From Octopus sinensis (taxonomy: Eukaryota): a DNA stretch of 64,000 bases. Below are positions 63,431 through 64,000 of this stretch, in pieces (position 1 is the stretch's first letter; every line of letters starts with the position of its first letter). Below the pieces are notes generated by a model, which worked only from the letters and a program-made list of their open reading frames with translations, did no database searches and was not told where the DNA came from. Location of the stretch: NCBI RefSeq assembly GCF_006345805.1, contig NC_042997.1, forward strand, positions 82,150,001-82,214,000. Reading direction: 5' to 3'. The position numbers were made by a program, and so were the translations under genes.

Positions 63431-64000
63431 TTCATAATTTATAAAAGCGAATTACCAAACTATTATGCTCGACACCATGCTATGTTTGTTCATTCGAACT
63501 ATAAATGCGTTTCTTTTAAAATATTTGTGTGTACTGCTATTATACTTTAAATTCAACCTTGTGTTTTTCTAATATAACACGTGACAAATATGATTTTGCC
63601 TATATTTTCCTATCGTAATTTCTTGCCAAAGTGTTTTTCATTATTCTTTATTTCTCATAAACGAAATGTGATGTACAAAATATGAAATGGTCATTATAAT
63701 ATCGATATTTTTACTTTCGTTTATTCACATGATTTTTCCTGCGTATTGTATAATATTCCATAAGCGAAGATGCTTTTCGCATGACGAGTCTTATGTGATT
63801 TAGAAATTGTTAGATATTTGGTATCCCTTAAGATATTTTCCGTCCACCTCCATAAAATTGTATTTCTTATGTCAAAAATTTTAAATATTGTACATAATCA
63901 GTACCTATAAATAAAATATATATTCCTATATAATTTCTTATTGTTTTCGTTTTATAATTCCTATATTCATTATTAGTGTATTGAAACACTCACATACTCA

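Overview
This is eukaryotic, repeat-saturated genomic DNA. The tRNA-derived SINE families, the dense (TA)n/(CA)n/(ATT)n microsatellites and the GT-AG spliced genes suggest a cephalopod, most likely Octopus (inference, not a database result). The only host genes are two tandemly duplicated two-exon paralogs (37658-41630 and 57196-~63430, + strand). They encode secreted proteins: a signal peptide followed by 4-Cys peritrophin-A/CBM14-like modules joined by Thr/Asn-rich linkers. The second copy carries an array of about 14 modules on a 246-249 bp unit, interrupted by stops, a frameshift and a SINE. The rest is mostly transposon-derived: a full-length but decayed Tx1-clade LINE with a 20-bp TSD, five R4/Dong-clade elements (four in (TAA)n, one in (TATG)n), a Penelope-like element with tandem pLTRs, RTE relics, a DD41D Tc1/mariner derivative, a mariner fragment, a Helitron-like element, a solo LTR and several SINEs. 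The main unannotated signal is at RNA level. At least seven type-I hammerhead ribozyme motifs, plus partial ones, from several unrelated Penelope-pLTR/retrozyme-like families fold by eye, including a recurrent non-canonical core (CUGU-N-GA+A) and a G3:C8 swap. One hammerhead lies in a 352-nt retrozyme-like monomer, and the Tx1 LINE has inserted into it exactly beside ribozyme stem I. All structures were read by eye; none was computed or tested.
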